NCBI GenBank assembly: GCA_964270895.1
Contig: OZ185437.1
DNA from: Podarcis filfolensis
Taxonomy: Eukaryota
Length of the DNA stretch: 64,000 bases
Direction: 5' to 3' (one strand)
The translations under genes and the position numbers were made by a program. The notes under the pieces were generated by a model, which worked only from the letters and a program-made list of their open reading frames with translations, did not search any database and was not told the DNA's origin. This document shows positions 36,570-49,375 of the stretch, one piece after another (the stretch's first letter is position 1; each line of letters begins with the position of its first letter).

Positions 36570-38085
36570 ACAGGAGCTTACCTCTCCTGTATTAATTATA
36601 GGTGTGAGGCATACTGAGAATGGTGTGTGCTGAAAGGAGAGGCTCCTCTTTTTCCTCCCCATTAAGATCAGAACTAAAAACTCTCTGCACAGGGGGTGGG
36701 GCAGAGCAGGGAATCACAAACATAACCTTACCCATTGGCACCAATGCCCCACCACAATGCTACACCACAAGGGCTGCTACTGCCACAGTTACCAATCCAT
36801 AAGAGGACCTCTCCTCTTATCCCATGACAACTAAGCTTACTCAGGCATGTTGAATGAGGTACGTTTTGAAAGCCCAAGTTCCACCCACTGTATCTATACT
36901 CTCCTCAAAGACACTACACCTTGCCCATCTTGGTTCAGATGCTTTTAGCATTCATATATAATAAACTAATATACTGTTTTTCTTTTGGAATGTCAGCTGC
37001 ATAGGGGACAGAAGGTGAGTCACCTCAATGACTAGTTTTGCCATTTTCGGAACAGAATATAAATAGCCACACTGTAAGGAGGAAATTGCCACTCGGAGCC
37101 TTAGTGCCACTCAGAGCTTTAGCCTTTAATGCACCACACTTCTGATTGCTATTGTTGTCTTATTCAAGATACCTTAAAATAGCATTCAATGTAGTGTGTG
37201 AGGAAACTTTTAGAACCCACGCTGAACCTGGCATAGAGGGAGTTTGGACTACATCCCTAGTCCCAAAGGTTTTCACTGCAGAACCCCTGCTCCACCTTTG
37301 CTATTTTGAATGAACAACACCATTCTGTCCTAAGAGTCGACCCAGCAGCATAATAACACTGAGCTATTTATGGTATCCCAAAAGCCTCTTTTAATGTCTT
37401 CTTGAGAGACTATTTCACTAGCTACAAGTGTCTGCCCACTTTTTGCAATAGGAATTTTGATATAAGTATTGATGGACAGTGGAATATTGATAAAAACAAC
37501 AGCAGTATTTGTGGTAATATATTAATTAAGATTACTGCTGTTCTGCTCAGACAAGGTATCTGGTTTGTTGGCCATCTCTCTAAATCATATCCACTTCAAC
37601 CATTAGCTTATTGGGGTTACGCTCTAGAATTGTGTTCAATTCATATTTCAGCCATATGCAATGCTTAATTGGCTTGTCTTTCCATTGAATGCTAATAACT
37701 TGTGTTATTTACATCTTTCTTCAAAGTGCATATTAATTGTAAAAAAAAAATGTCCACTCCCCCTTTTCTAACCTTTTTATAATTCCAAATCAGTGAGGTG
37801 TTTTTGGTAGGGTTGTACACAGACCCCCTATTCAGATTTTTGGCTTTGATTTAGAAATCTAAATCCAATCTGGTCTGGGCCAATCTGGGCCTAGTCCTCC
37901 CCCTCCCCGCCACAGCTGCATGGGTTCATTTAATAAAACACAGCAAAAAGCAACCTTGTCAACACATGATTCCATGAGGAATTTAATGTTAGAATCTGTT
38001 TTAACCTGTCATTAGTATATCCTCATAAAATGAATTTTAACTTTTTTGTTAGAGCCTCTATGGGAACCTTTGGTCTGTAGGACAT

Positions 38086-38086
<1 letters not shown>

Positions 38087-38116
<30 letters not shown>
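38087..38116. repeat. (GT)15 microsatellite
   Basis: Direct reading. Confidence 0.95.
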
Positions 38117-38121
<5 letters not shown>

Positions 38122-38355
38122 TTCTGTGTAGTGTTTCACCCAAGTGCAGGAACACATGTGAGAATTAACAAAACACTGCACAAGAATAATCTTAATGCAA
38201 TCATACACGCAATTACATTGGCTGCACACGCATAATATGAATGTAATCATATACACTATTATATCGGCTGATTCTCTTTTTATCAATGCACATAGGTAAC
38301 ACAGATTGGAAAAAAAAAATGCAAATGAACCAAATTAGGACATTAGGAAATTAGG

Positions 38356-39180
38356 AAACAGAAGTACTGTTTTTGGGGGACAGGAGGCAGGCAGGTGTCG
38401 AGGACTCTCTGGTCCTGAATGGGGTAACTGTGCTCCTGAAGGACCAGGTGCGCAGTCTGGGAGTCATTCTGGATTCACAGCTGTCCATGGAGGCACAGGT
38501 CAATTCTGTGTCCAGGGCAGCTGTTTATCAGCTCCATCTGGTACGCAGGCTGAGACCCTACCTACCTGCGGACTGTCTCGCCAGAGTGGTACATGCTCTG
38601 GTTATCTCTCGCTTGGACTACTGCAATGCGCTCTACGTGGGGCTACCTTTGAAGGTGACCCGGAAACTACAACTAATCCAGAACGCGGCAGCTAGACTGG
38701 TTACTGGGAGCGGCCACCGAGACCATATAACACCGGTCTTGAAAGACCTACACTGGCTCCCAGTACGTTTCTGAGCACAATTCAAAGTGTTGGTGCCGAC
38801 CTTTAAAGCCCTAAACGGCCTCTATCCAGTATACCTGAAGGAGCATCTCCACCTCCATCATTCTGCCCGGACACTGAGGTCCAACGCTGAAGGCCTTCTG
38901 GCGGTTCCCTCGCTGCGAGAAGCCAAGTTACAGGGAACCAGGCAGAGGGCCTTCTCGGTAGTGGCACCCGCCCTGTGGAACACCCTCCCACCAGATGTCA
39001 AAGAGAAAAATAACTACCAAACTTTTAGAAGACATCTGAAGGCAGCCCTGTTTAGGGAAGATTTTAATGTTTAATAGGTTATTGTATTTTAGTGTTTTGT
39101 TGGAAGCCGCCCAGATGGGCGGGGTATAAATAATAATTTAAATTATTATTATTATTAATAAGAATAAGAATAATAATTTA
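38356..39180 (+). mobile_element. L2-clade LINE, 5'-truncated (RT C-terminal region + tail)
   Basis: VRSLGVILDSQLSM...SRLDYCNALYVGLP...LQLIQNAAARL...HITPVLKDLHWLPVRF*AQFK (likely CGA>TGA at 38772), LWNTLP; (TAA)n tail. Confidence 0.9.
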
Positions 39181-41367
39181 AATTAATTTTTGAAAGTATC
39201 CACGTCCCACCAGAATTCAAGAAGAGAGGAATGCTGGGCAGAGTGAATCAGAGACAGATAAATAAAGGACTGGAGATGGGAAATCCTCTCCTGGGATACG
39301 GCAGGATGGGGAACCTGTGGCCCTCCAAATGTTGTTTGACTGCAACTCCCACCCTCACCCCAGCTGCGCTATGCTAGCTGGAGCTGACAGAGGTGGAGTT
39401 CAACAACATCTGGAGCACCACAGGCCACACATCTCTGCCCTAAGGAATTGTGGGCAAAAAGTTTTAAGGAGAGAATGAGAAAAAGGTAGGCTGATTAAAA
39501 ATACAGTTGGGGGGGGGGAGGCACACACAAATGCCAAGGAAATGCAATAATCTAGGTACACAGTAATAAATACCAAGGGCTATTGTCATCTGACATTTCT
39601 AAAAAGCAGGGTGCACTGAAGATGTCATATGGGGATAATCCTTCCTAAGATGTTTATATATCTGAGAAGTTAGTTGTAAATAAATGTCAAAGGAAGGTAT
39701 TGGTTCATTTGACATTCATGCTGCGTATTACCAAGTATACTCTTCTGAAAGATATCAGGTGAGATAATCCCTCCATAGTAATGCCATCTCACTAGACCTC
39801 TCCTTCACAGTGTCATTCTTCTCTATGATCTTCAGTGTTCTGCCTTCAACACCCTGTCTTTTACATGCATCCGCATGGTGTCATTCTGACAGCTTTGATG
39901 CGTCGCATATGCAGAAATTTCTGTGTGCTCCATCCAAGTGGAGAACATAATATATAATAATAATAATGGTAGATTCCAAAATGGGTACCGCTTCGAAGCA
40001 AGCCTTGATTTCATTTGGACCATTCATCACTGCATCTTACAACAGTATTTTATATCCCTTGTGAAAAGAAAGTCAACGTTAGCTTTTGAAAAAAAAATCA
40101 TTCGTTTATCGCTACAGGGTTATGTTTCCAGAAATTTGAATTTACTGCAAATACATTATAATACATATTCAGAAATGGAGACAATGCTGCATACTTAAAC
40201 ATAATATAAAACAGTTTTGCACCCATCTCCCAAGCTTGGCTGTCACACTTCCTGAAATGACTGTGGGAGAATTCAACATCATTAGGTCCTCTCATGAACA
40301 TTCCGTGAAATATGGCTGCCCTGGAGCCTGCCTGAAGAGTGCTGAAGACTGAGCATTAGAGTGTTAAAAAAAAGAGCTTTTTGTATGTTGCAACATGGGG
40401 TATAAGAGTTTTGCTCTCTCTGAAAATGTTATAATGGAAGCCTCTGCAGAGCACTACTATGCCTTGTCCTCCACTTGTCCAAGGGAAAGGCTCATGTTGT
40501 TTGTTACTTACAACTTGTATAAGTGGGCACAGCTTTTAAGTTCTTTTCATTATCCACTTTACATGTGAAGCCTTTTTAACATACAACAAAGAACAATTAT
40601 TTGGGGGAAGTTCATTTAAGTGAAATGCTGAGGACAGTTGTTTTTTTATGAACCACAGTCCTAAAACAATAGTCACATTCTTAAACAATACTTTTGTTTA
40701 ACAGGAGGTGGAAATAAACATGCGAACTCAACTCCACAGGGTGTATTGGTTACCACATTGTTTAAAATGCATTCTCTTTCTGTTTTCTGTCTTTGTTAAT
40801 TAGTGGTGTGACCAGAAATCCCATCTTCAGCACTGCTGACTAATAGAAATGCAATGCGATGCAAAAAAAAATTAAAAAGTTGAATATGTCATAATTATTT
40901 CTGAAATACACCACAGCTCATGTTTGCTGCTATCACATTATTTTCACAAAAATGATAGCAAGCATTTCATGAGTGAAGATGAAAATCTGCCTCTTCTGTC
41001 ATCTCAGGAGCTGTCACCCATTTGCTATTCCTTCTCGTTTCCCTACGGTGGTCCTTGGGGAACCACCCATCAGGCTTCTGGTTGAGTACTTACCGGTAGA
41101 TAACCCTCTCAAGGGTACAATGTGTTTTTCAGAGGAAGCCCACCTAGTTGCTCGCCCATTCCAAGTAGCATGACCCTCCATTCCAGCTGCTAATAAGCAA
41201 CCGCTGGAGTAGCTACTGCCTTCAAGCCCTGCTTCTATGTTTTCTGAAGACACCTACTTGTCCATTCTGGGAAGCAAATTTCTGGGGCAGATTGACTTTA
41301 GATTTGATCCAGCAGGGCTCTTCGATGTAATGTTCTATGTAAGCCCTAAGCATTTTAAATGCTCAAA

Positions 41368-41650
41368 CTAGTGGTGGCTGGTGCTCATTGGCACTGATAG
41401 GGAAGACTGCAGGGACACCAACCGTAGGTGGAGCCAGAGCCAATGACAGGTAGAGACAGCTAATGTAGCTTTCATCCCTATCTTCCTTGCTGCTTTGTTC
41501 AACAAGGCCAACATTGAGTCGAAAGAGGAGGAAGCTGGCAGGCAGAACTTCCTGCCCTGCACCGGACTGGTTGTAAATAAGAATGTGGGAAGATGACTGA
41601 GGGCTGATTCGTGGGGCAGCACCCTATTTGCCCTGATGGACCACGATCCA
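41368..41650. mobile_element. Interspersed repeat, probably hAT-derived
   Basis: 'agtggtggctggtgctcattgg...ggtggagccagagccaatgacagg...ccctgatggacc' recognised as a common lizard repeat; no TSD verified. Confidence 0.35.
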
Positions 41651-41703
41651 ATGGTTCAACTACTTCATTTATAGAGTATTATAATCCGAGGTTTAACTTT
41701 CTA

Positions 41704-42057
41704 ATGATGCGGGTGGCACTGTAGGTTAAACCACAGAGCCTAGGACTTGCCGATCAGAAGGTCGGCAGTTCAAATCCCCGCGACGGGGTGAGCTCCCGTT
41801 GCTCGGTCCCTGCTCCTGCCAACCTAGCAGTTCGAAAGCATGTCAAAGTGCAAGTAGATAAATAGATACTGCTCCGGCGGGAAGGTAAACAGTGTTTCTG
41901 TGCGCTGCTCTGGTTCACCAGAAGTGGCTTAGTCATGCTGGCCACATGACCCGGAAGCTGTATGCCGGCTCCCTCGGCCAATTAAGCAAGATGAGCACCA
42001 CAACCCCAGAGTCGGTCATGACTGGACCTAATGGTCAGGGGTTCCTTTACCTTTACC
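41704..42057 (+). mobile_element. Sauria SINE, subfamily A
   Basis: TSD TTTAACTTTCTA (41692-41703, 42058-42069); (ACCTTT)n tail. Confidence 0.92.
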
Positions 42058-43025
42058 TTTAACTTTCTATGTCATCATTATGGCAAAGGCATTCCATGCC
42101 AATGTGATGCTCTCCATATGCTGTTAGACTATAATTTCCATTATCCCAGATAACTGGCCATGCTGTCTAGGGCTGATGGGAGCTTGAGGCCAACAAAATC
42201 TGGAGGATACCACATTAGGTACCCCTCTTTGCTTTAACTATTTTTCCGAAGAGAAGGAGAAGAAAAAGGCTTTTTTATCACTGACAGGGGAGATAGGTGC
42301 TGAAACGGCCCGCCCAAATATCTTTCCTCCTGCTCTTCTGATAACATGATGGTGCTGGTTACTCCTTTAGCAGAACTTTCAAAAGGTTGCTTTGTAATTC
42401 ATTTATGATTTAACATAATGGTTTGAATTGCTGCCTATTGACAAAGTATCCTAATATCTATCCATGTGTGGTGCACCTCCATTTTGTTTAGAAGCTCTCA
42501 TGAAGTAAACAAGAGAGCACTGGTAAGTAATTTTGCAAAATGATACAATCAATACACACACACACACCAAAAAAACCCTAGTTTAGGATATGTCTAATTA
42601 CCTGAATATCTCAGAATATGAATTAGTTAATAATCCAGAACAAGTTTAATTGTCTGTTTCAGATTAAGGACAATTAAGATGCTAATTAGTTATGGATAAT
42701 TTAACAGTAGTTGCTACCATATGTAATGTTTCAAACTGGGTCCTGTGGATATCGAACTGTCGTAGTTCACCAGGGCATTCCGGTGTTTCATGTTCCCTGC
42801 TTCTCCGAACACTAGGAAGTTCTGTGAGAACTTTTTACAGTTTCAGTTTTCTTGTCAGGTGACAGTATTGGAGTTTTCTGTCTCTTTGAGGGTGGCACAA
42901 CAGATGTATCTCAACCTTCCCGAAAGCTCCAACCCTGAAGTTGTGGCATGAATTATTATAATAATATGAATTATTATGAATAAGTTGCCACTACATTCTA
43001 ATAGATGCCAAAATGGGGCTGGTTC

Positions 43026-43091
43026 TACCATACACTTGGCCAAGTAGGAAGTTTGCAGTACCATACACTTGGCCAAGTAGGAAGTTTGCAG
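43026..43091. repeat. 33-bp perfect tandem duplication
   Basis: TACCATACACTTGGCCAAGTAGGAAGTTTGCAG x2. Confidence 0.95.
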
Positions 43092-43915
43092 TGAACAACG
43101 CTTTGATAAAAGTAATAGGATATGAAATGAGAGGGGAAGGAGGAAATTAAATATCTAATACAAAACAGCCTGTTTATCTGTCAAGGTGCCTTTCTTACCT
43201 CTCCGCATCCAGCAGGATTTGCCCTGGGGTCCTCCCATCCTGCCTTCCTTTAGGCATACCTCATTGCCCTCGTAACAAATTTCCCCACTAATATCCTGAT
43301 CTTGCATTCTTCCCTCTATCTAATCAACAATACGTTTTGTAGAATAAATGCCCAAGGAGATTGCCAAGGAAGCCCTAGTAGAAGGCATACTTTGATATAT
43401 ATTTTGTTATCACAGTTATGATGTATTTCAAGCCAGATGTACACCATTCCCATGAAATCTCTGTTCAGCACAGAAACATAAAATCACTTATGTCTGCATA
43501 GGAAAGAGAATGTGGAATGCACTGAAAATGGCTCTTGAAAAAGAGTAGTTTTTATTTGGTGGTGCTCGAGCAGCTGTGAGCAGACATATAACCCTGTGCA
43601 CTTTTCCTCGTTTCAGAAAGGACACTGGAGCTTCATAACAGTGCAACGTACGTGCTCATTGTTTTCATTCATTAGGAATAAGAATCAGCATTGAGAAATC
43701 ATTTCCCTGAAGTGTGCCGACAGCTTCTTGAGTCTTTATATGCTTTCCTATTAATCTGTAACATTTGCCATTTTACCATGACTGGTCTGTGAAATCTGTC
43801 ATTCTTCCTAATTGATTTACTGTATACAGCACTCATCACTTATTTAGCAGTACACTAACAATATGCTAGCAGGTCTAGTCTCTTTTTGCATTTACAATTG
43901 GTGAGCCAAGGAGAT

Positions 43916-44350
43916 TGTAATGGCTTTAGGGGTTGCTTGTGCGTAAGTTACCGCCGCTCTGGGCTAGGTTGCCTGGGTTAAACCGTTTCTCTCTGGACAG
44001 CCATCCACTCCGTGGCTGTTCAGTCGCTGGCAGAATCCGTCAGTGGGCGTTTCTTGAACCTCTTCCAGCAAAGAAGTTCTTTGACGCCAAGTTGCCGCCT
44101 ACTTTCCCTGCGCGGAAGTCTTCTGCGCAGGGTGGGTGTGGGCAGAGGAGGACCTGTGCTCTCCTCGCTGGTCTCCTGCGAAGAGTCCTGGAGCCTCCTC
44201 TCTGCTTCCCCCATCGGCCCCCCTCTATCCCTGGTGTTGCGCTGATTTTCTTCCCCAGCCGGAGACCTGCCTCTCTCCCTGCTTGGCCCCTCTCCAGCAT
44301 CGCTGTGGAGCCTCGCCTCCTCCTCTAGTTCCGATGGCAGTTCCCTGACA
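43916..44350 (-). mobile_element. Solo LTR (435 bp, GC/CpG-rich, probably Gypsy-like)
   Basis: TG...CA termini (TGTAATGG / CCCTGACA) and a perfect 5-bp TSD GAGAT (43911-43915, 44351-44355). Orientation inferred from the open frame. Confidence 0.85.
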
Positions 44351-44649
44351 GAGATGTATGATTTTGTACTTCTGCTTATTTTGGACGTGTCTTATTTACT
44401 CTAGGCCTAAGGGTTTCAATGGGCTGAGCCAGGTGGGGTGGTCAAGTTTGGTTCATTAAATTCAATTTATCTCCTCTAAATAAGACAGTGGAATACTTGG
44501 CTGCATTTAACCAACTTGTGGTGCTAGCAGAAGCCATTGCCATTCAAACCCACAAAGCTGACTCATGACAGGGGGAAATGTTATATTTATTAAATATAAC
44601 AATGGAGGAGCTGCAGACAAATTCAATCATAAACCAAATAAAAATATAG

Positions 44650-44785
44650 TCAGGGCAGGAAGTTCCCTACACAGCTTAGGCCCAAGCTATCTGAAAGACC
44701 ATATTCCCTCATACAAACTTGCTTGGATTTTGAGATCTTCGGAGAATACCCTTCTCTCAGTCCCATCACACTCACAGACACATGG
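44650..44785 (+). mobile_element. L2 fragment
   Basis: 'ctacacagcttaggcccaagctatctgaaagaccatatt...ttgagatcttcggagaatacccttctctcagtccc' (L..LGPSYLKDHI...LRSSE..LLSVP), homologous to the 38.8 kb L2. Confidence 0.6.
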
Positions 44786-44970
44786 GAAAGCACCTTCTCT
44801 GACAGAATTATCACTAACAACAATGGAAGAATGGCTGTTAAAATTAACAGACTTAGCTGAGATGGTGAAACTGACATGTTTAATCAGAGAAAAGTCATAG
44901 TCGACTTATATCGAAGATTGGAAATGCCTCACAAACTTTCTGCATGAAAAACAAAAGACAAACAAATGAC
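44786..44970 (+). mobile_element. L1/Tx1 ORF2 C-terminal fragment
   Basis: TTMEEWLLKLTDLAEMVKLTCLIREKS, homologous to SIEEWRMKLMDYAELDKLTGRIR at 31.6 kb. Confidence 0.7.
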
Positions 44971-45277
44971 ATTTGGATTTGAGGATGGAAAATAATACTT
45001 GTTTATAGAAAGTGGCTTTGTCTCCTTCCGAAACCAGAATGGTGCTGAACTGAGTACCACCTTGAAGTGATAGAAGGAGCAGCATTCCTACATATAGTGC
45101 ACACACACACACACACACACACACAAAACACTCAGGGGTCAGACAGGCACTAATACTATTTTTCGAAGACACACAGATCTACAGATAGTGGGACTTAAAT
45201 GAAACTAGGTTTGGAATAAAAACAAAAAAATTTTTTCCTTCCAGTAGCACCTTAAAGACCAACTAAGTTAGTTTTTG

Positions 45278-45315
45278 GTATGAGCTTTCGTGTGCATGCA
45301 CACTTCTTCAGATAC
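45278..45315 (-). ncRNA. Identical minimal hammerhead motif on the opposite strand
   Basis: Exact reverse complement of 45361-45398 in the inverted arm. Confidence 0.75.
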
Positions 45316-45360
45316 ACTGAAACAGAAGTTGCCAGATCCTTCTATAACTTCTGTTTCAGT

Positions 45361-45398
45361 GTATCTGAAGAAGTGTGCATGCACACGAAAGCTCATAC
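45361..45398 (+). ncRNA. Minimal type I hammerhead ribozyme motif
   Basis: GTAT-CTGAAGA-a-GTGTG(CATG)CACAC-GAAA-GC-TC-ATAC: stem I GTAT/ATAC, core CUGANGA and GAAA, palindromic stem III AGCU, cleavage after C45394. Confidence 0.75.
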
Positions 45399-47708
45399 CA
45401 AGAACTAACTTAGTTGGTCTTTAAGGTGCTACTGGAAGGAAAAAATTTTTTTTGTTTTGACTATGGCAGACCAACACGGCTACCTATCTGTAACTAGGTT
45501 TGGAATGTAATCATACAACCACAGATAAATAAATGAAAGTGTGTATTTTTTTGGGGGGGGTGTATGGGTTTCTAAAAGGCTGGTTTGTTGCATTAGTACT
45601 TCTAAAACTTAAGCAGTTTGCAGTTCTGTTACAGGATTTAATCAAATTAACTGATTCCAGGGCAGATTTGATTTTTTTTTAAAAAAAATAAAATCTATCT
45701 CAGTGGAAAGCTCCTATAGCAAATTGTGGGAGAAATTAAAAAGGACTCTCTAAGGCAGAATTTACATGTTATATTATGTGCATGTTATGTTTCTCCTGGG
45801 TATTTCTTTGCCTAACAGTGTGAATTTCTGAAATTGCCATCATTTGTTGCTTCAGTAACCAGAAACTATTGCTTACAGTGCAGGTACTCACAAGCTGTGG
45901 GTGAGCATGGAAGATGCGAAGCCTGCCTGGGACTGGCTGCTGAGTTTCTCACTGCGCTTAGAACCCCAACCTTACGGGGATGTGCTGGAGTTTGTGCTTT
46001 TTTATGGTGCTGATTTCTGTCTTTTGGCAGCTTTTAAATTGTGGCATCCTGCCCTGAACTTCTGGGACTGAAGAAGAATAAAAACCCAATCCTTTTCTCC
46101 CTGTGCAGCTGAAGAAAGACAGAAAGAAACCTAAAAGGTTCTGTGAGTTTCAATAAGACGACAGCTAAAAATACCCTGCCAGTTTTGTTTTACGACACCT
46201 GAAAGACTTGCAGACCTAGAGGGAATTGAGTAAAAGCTCATTGCTATGCCTTGCCTTCCTCTGGGTCTGCTCTATCCAGAATGCTTTGCAGCACCTTGTA
46301 AAATATCTCTCTCTCTCTCTATGTGTGTGTGTGTTCCAGTTGTCAGTAGCATTTATAAACAGGACATTTTTCTGGGCCTTAGTCTCTCCTGTATGCACTC
46401 GGCAGCAGTATAGCTTTCCTCATCTCATCTCAATGTTCAAAAATAAAGTTAAGCTAGTTGTCCACTTCACATACAGAACAGAGGTGGTCTGTTACTTACA
46501 ATGCAGAGTCCAAGGAATAAACTGCCTCTCAGGTAATTCTAATGTGGGTCAAACTTGGCTGAGTGGTTTAACATTTTTTTGCACATCAAGGAGAGAGGAG
46601 GAACATTAAAGCCCACGGTGCATTGCTGTATACAGACTAGAGGAGTTAAGAAAAAAAATAAGCCCTGAAGAGTTGGGTACTGGAGCAAAATTGGTTTCCC
46701 TGTAACAAAAGCTGTTTGCTAAAATTCCATCCGATGCTGTACACATCAAAGCAATTGTACAATACCTCAAAGAGCAGCTAGGCGGAAGAATAAGCTCCCT
46801 TTGGAGTGTTTATGCCCATCTTGTAGCTCACTATTCTAGTAATAATTGTTTGCTTTTTCAGTATTATATTTCACCTTCCGGTGATGCTGTCTGTCTGTCT
46901 GTGAACATATTGAGCCACTATTGTGCTGGCTTCACATTTTCCAGTATGCATTTAAGACTTTGAAGACTGCTAAGGAAATGCAGTTGACCAAATTTGCTAC
47001 ATCTAGGGACAGGCATTATCTTTGCTTCCTAAAGTTTCTCTTAGAATGATGCAGAAGCTAAACGGAATTTGAGGAGAAACCGTCAAGCAAATACTCCCAG
47101 TATGAATTTGCTTATATTTCAAATTGAATTTTGAGGTGAGTATTACAAGTCTTGGAAACATTATTACTGCATACTAGCAAATCATCATGAAAAAAGAATA
47201 TTGATACCAAGGGCGTACAGGAATGCGGAATCCGATTTCTTACTTGATAATTTTTGGCTTTTATTGGTGGTGATGGAAAATAAGACAGCCCTAAACTTGA
47301 GAGCTTTCAGGTTACTGTTAGCTGTGGTAGTAGTGACTGTACTTTTCTGAATACCATTTTTGCTCTCCTAGCTGTTCACCACCATTTTTCTCACTATATA
47401 GCCAGTCCAAAGTTTATCCTGTGGATAAACTTTTGTTCAAGCCAGTGCCTTACAGCTTGTCTTCTGGCTAATGCCTTTTAATTAATTTATCAGCCTCAAC
47501 CTGCTAATTGTGCCTTCAGTTACAGGGAGAAGTGAAGTTACATGGTCTTGGCCACATGGATTTATAACAGCCAGGAGTGGAGAAATCATTTTTCTTCTTC
47601 ATCAGAGGCCACATAATGCCAGAGCAATCTTCCAGTGGAGATCATGCTGCATGCTGCAGGGGGGCGGGGAGGACCTGAGACCAAATTAAGAGAGGCAACC
47701 CCCTTCAC

Positions 47709-47711
<3 letters not shown>

Positions 47712-47749
<38 letters not shown>
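47712..47749. repeat. (CT)n microsatellite
   Basis: About 19 units. Confidence 0.95.
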
Positions 47750-47755
<6 letters not shown>

Positions 47756-49375
47756 TTTTCCCCCAACCACTTCTCTCCCTCCCACTTTCATGAAATTAAG
47801 CCCAAGAGTCACTTGCGGTTCTCAGGATACAGATTCCCCAGCAATAAAGTGGGCATCTAAGCATATTTTGCTTAGAACACAAAGCAGATAAGGGTAAAAG
47901 ATATATTAACTTTTTCGGCATTTCACGGAGTTTGGGCAAAGTCACCTGTCCGCAGTGGAGCATTATAATCTGTTTTCATGACAAGGAATTGACACACAAG
48001 TGCTTTCTTGTGATCATTGTTTTGTCTATGCCGTTACTTGGCTTTTCTGCATCTAACCTTGAGTGGAATATTTTGTTGTTTTGTTTCCCTTGGAAGTAGG
48101 TTGCAAGCCAACATCATTAAGATATAGTGTGGGTCGTTGTTATTTTATTTATTTATTTCCTTGTCAAAGATATTTGTAATATATCTTATTTTATATTACA
48201 CCAGAGACAAAGAAAAGTCTGCATCAGTGTGATTACAACTGATATTTTAGTCTGTTGTTGGCAGGAAGTATTAGCCTGGCCAAACCCACTGCCTCTGATT
48301 ATCTCTTACTAGTAGAATGATAAAGAAGATTTATAAAGACAGCTTGCAGAACAATGTGAAGCTACAAGGCTGCAGAAAGGTTACCTTTAGAAATATGTTC
48401 CACTGATACAGATTTTATTTTTTGTTTTTTTGTTTAAAAAATGGGGGCATTCTTTAAAAACATTTATACATCAAAGGAAGAGAAGCAATTCACCACAATA
48501 TAGAAATGCCTGCTTTTGTTTAACTTTTGTGTGGTTTTGCTGAAGCCAAAGGAGAATAAATAGAATATAAGTTTTCAGAGTCAAAATGCTGTTTAGCTTT
48601 ATGGTTCACGCAATGTAGCAAAACAAAGAAGAAGAAACACTGGAAAAATTTCGGATCCACTAATTACTAAATCACAGGGGTCATTTCCCCCCATTAACAG
48701 TAATAGGACCCCAATACACTCTCTGAGGAAAGTGTTATTGTGTTGTAATGTTTATAAAAGGATTAATTCTGAAAGCCCATTTGCACCTTTTGGAAGTGTG
48801 CCATTATCCTGTGTCAGCTGAAGTGATTATAAAATGTTGTTTTCACCATAAGATGCCAGTATATTTTTATTTTGTTTTTTAATCTAACCTATTAAAATAA
48901 CCCCTAAAACAACAACAACCCCACATAAAAAAACAACCGATGTCCACATCAAAACTACAATATCTTCTCTGGTAGGGAAATAACTACTGTCCCATTTCGT
49001 AACTTTGAACAGGCACAGTGTAACAAAAGAAAAAGAGAAAAAGTCCAACACAAAACCCCAGGATCAATTGGTCTGTAATTTGAAAAGCTTTATTTGCTCC
49101 AGAGGGGCTACTTGGCTTGCAAATTTCATAAACTTCTGACAAAAGATAAAAAGGCATTTAAAAATAAAATCCCATAATAAAGCACAGAATTAAGCATCAA
49201 CCCCCGCTGCCGCCGCCAATAGGTTTGGCATCGTCCCAAATCAGACCACCTCAAACTGAGCCAGGCTGTTTTCCAAAGTGCCAAAATGGGATCTGAGCAG
49301 ACTCTTATTTATCATTTATTTTATTTACAGGATTTGTATCCTGCCCTTCATCCAAAAAGGCTATCTGAGTGGCTT

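Larger units (their letters stand above)
45218..45495 (+). mobile_element. Penelope-like element terminal (pLTR) insertion with 5' inversion
   Basis: Inverted arms of ~112 bp (45219-45330 / 45346-45458) with a 15-nt spacer; PLE-type end 'ctgaagaagtgtgcatgcacacgaaagctcatacc...taaggtgctactgg'; 15-bp direct repeat AACTAGGTTTGGAAT at 45203-45217 and 45492-45506. Confidence 0.8.

Noticed and set aside
41754-41981. Recurring ORFs such as MAEGAGIQLPGHVASMTK... (also 49278, 61432, 9225, 31824)
   Set aside because: Translations of Sauria SINE copies, not genes.
43026-43091. CRISPR-like repeats (33-bp direct repeat with palindrome)
   Set aside because: Only two abutting copies with no spacer, in a eukaryotic context without cas genes.
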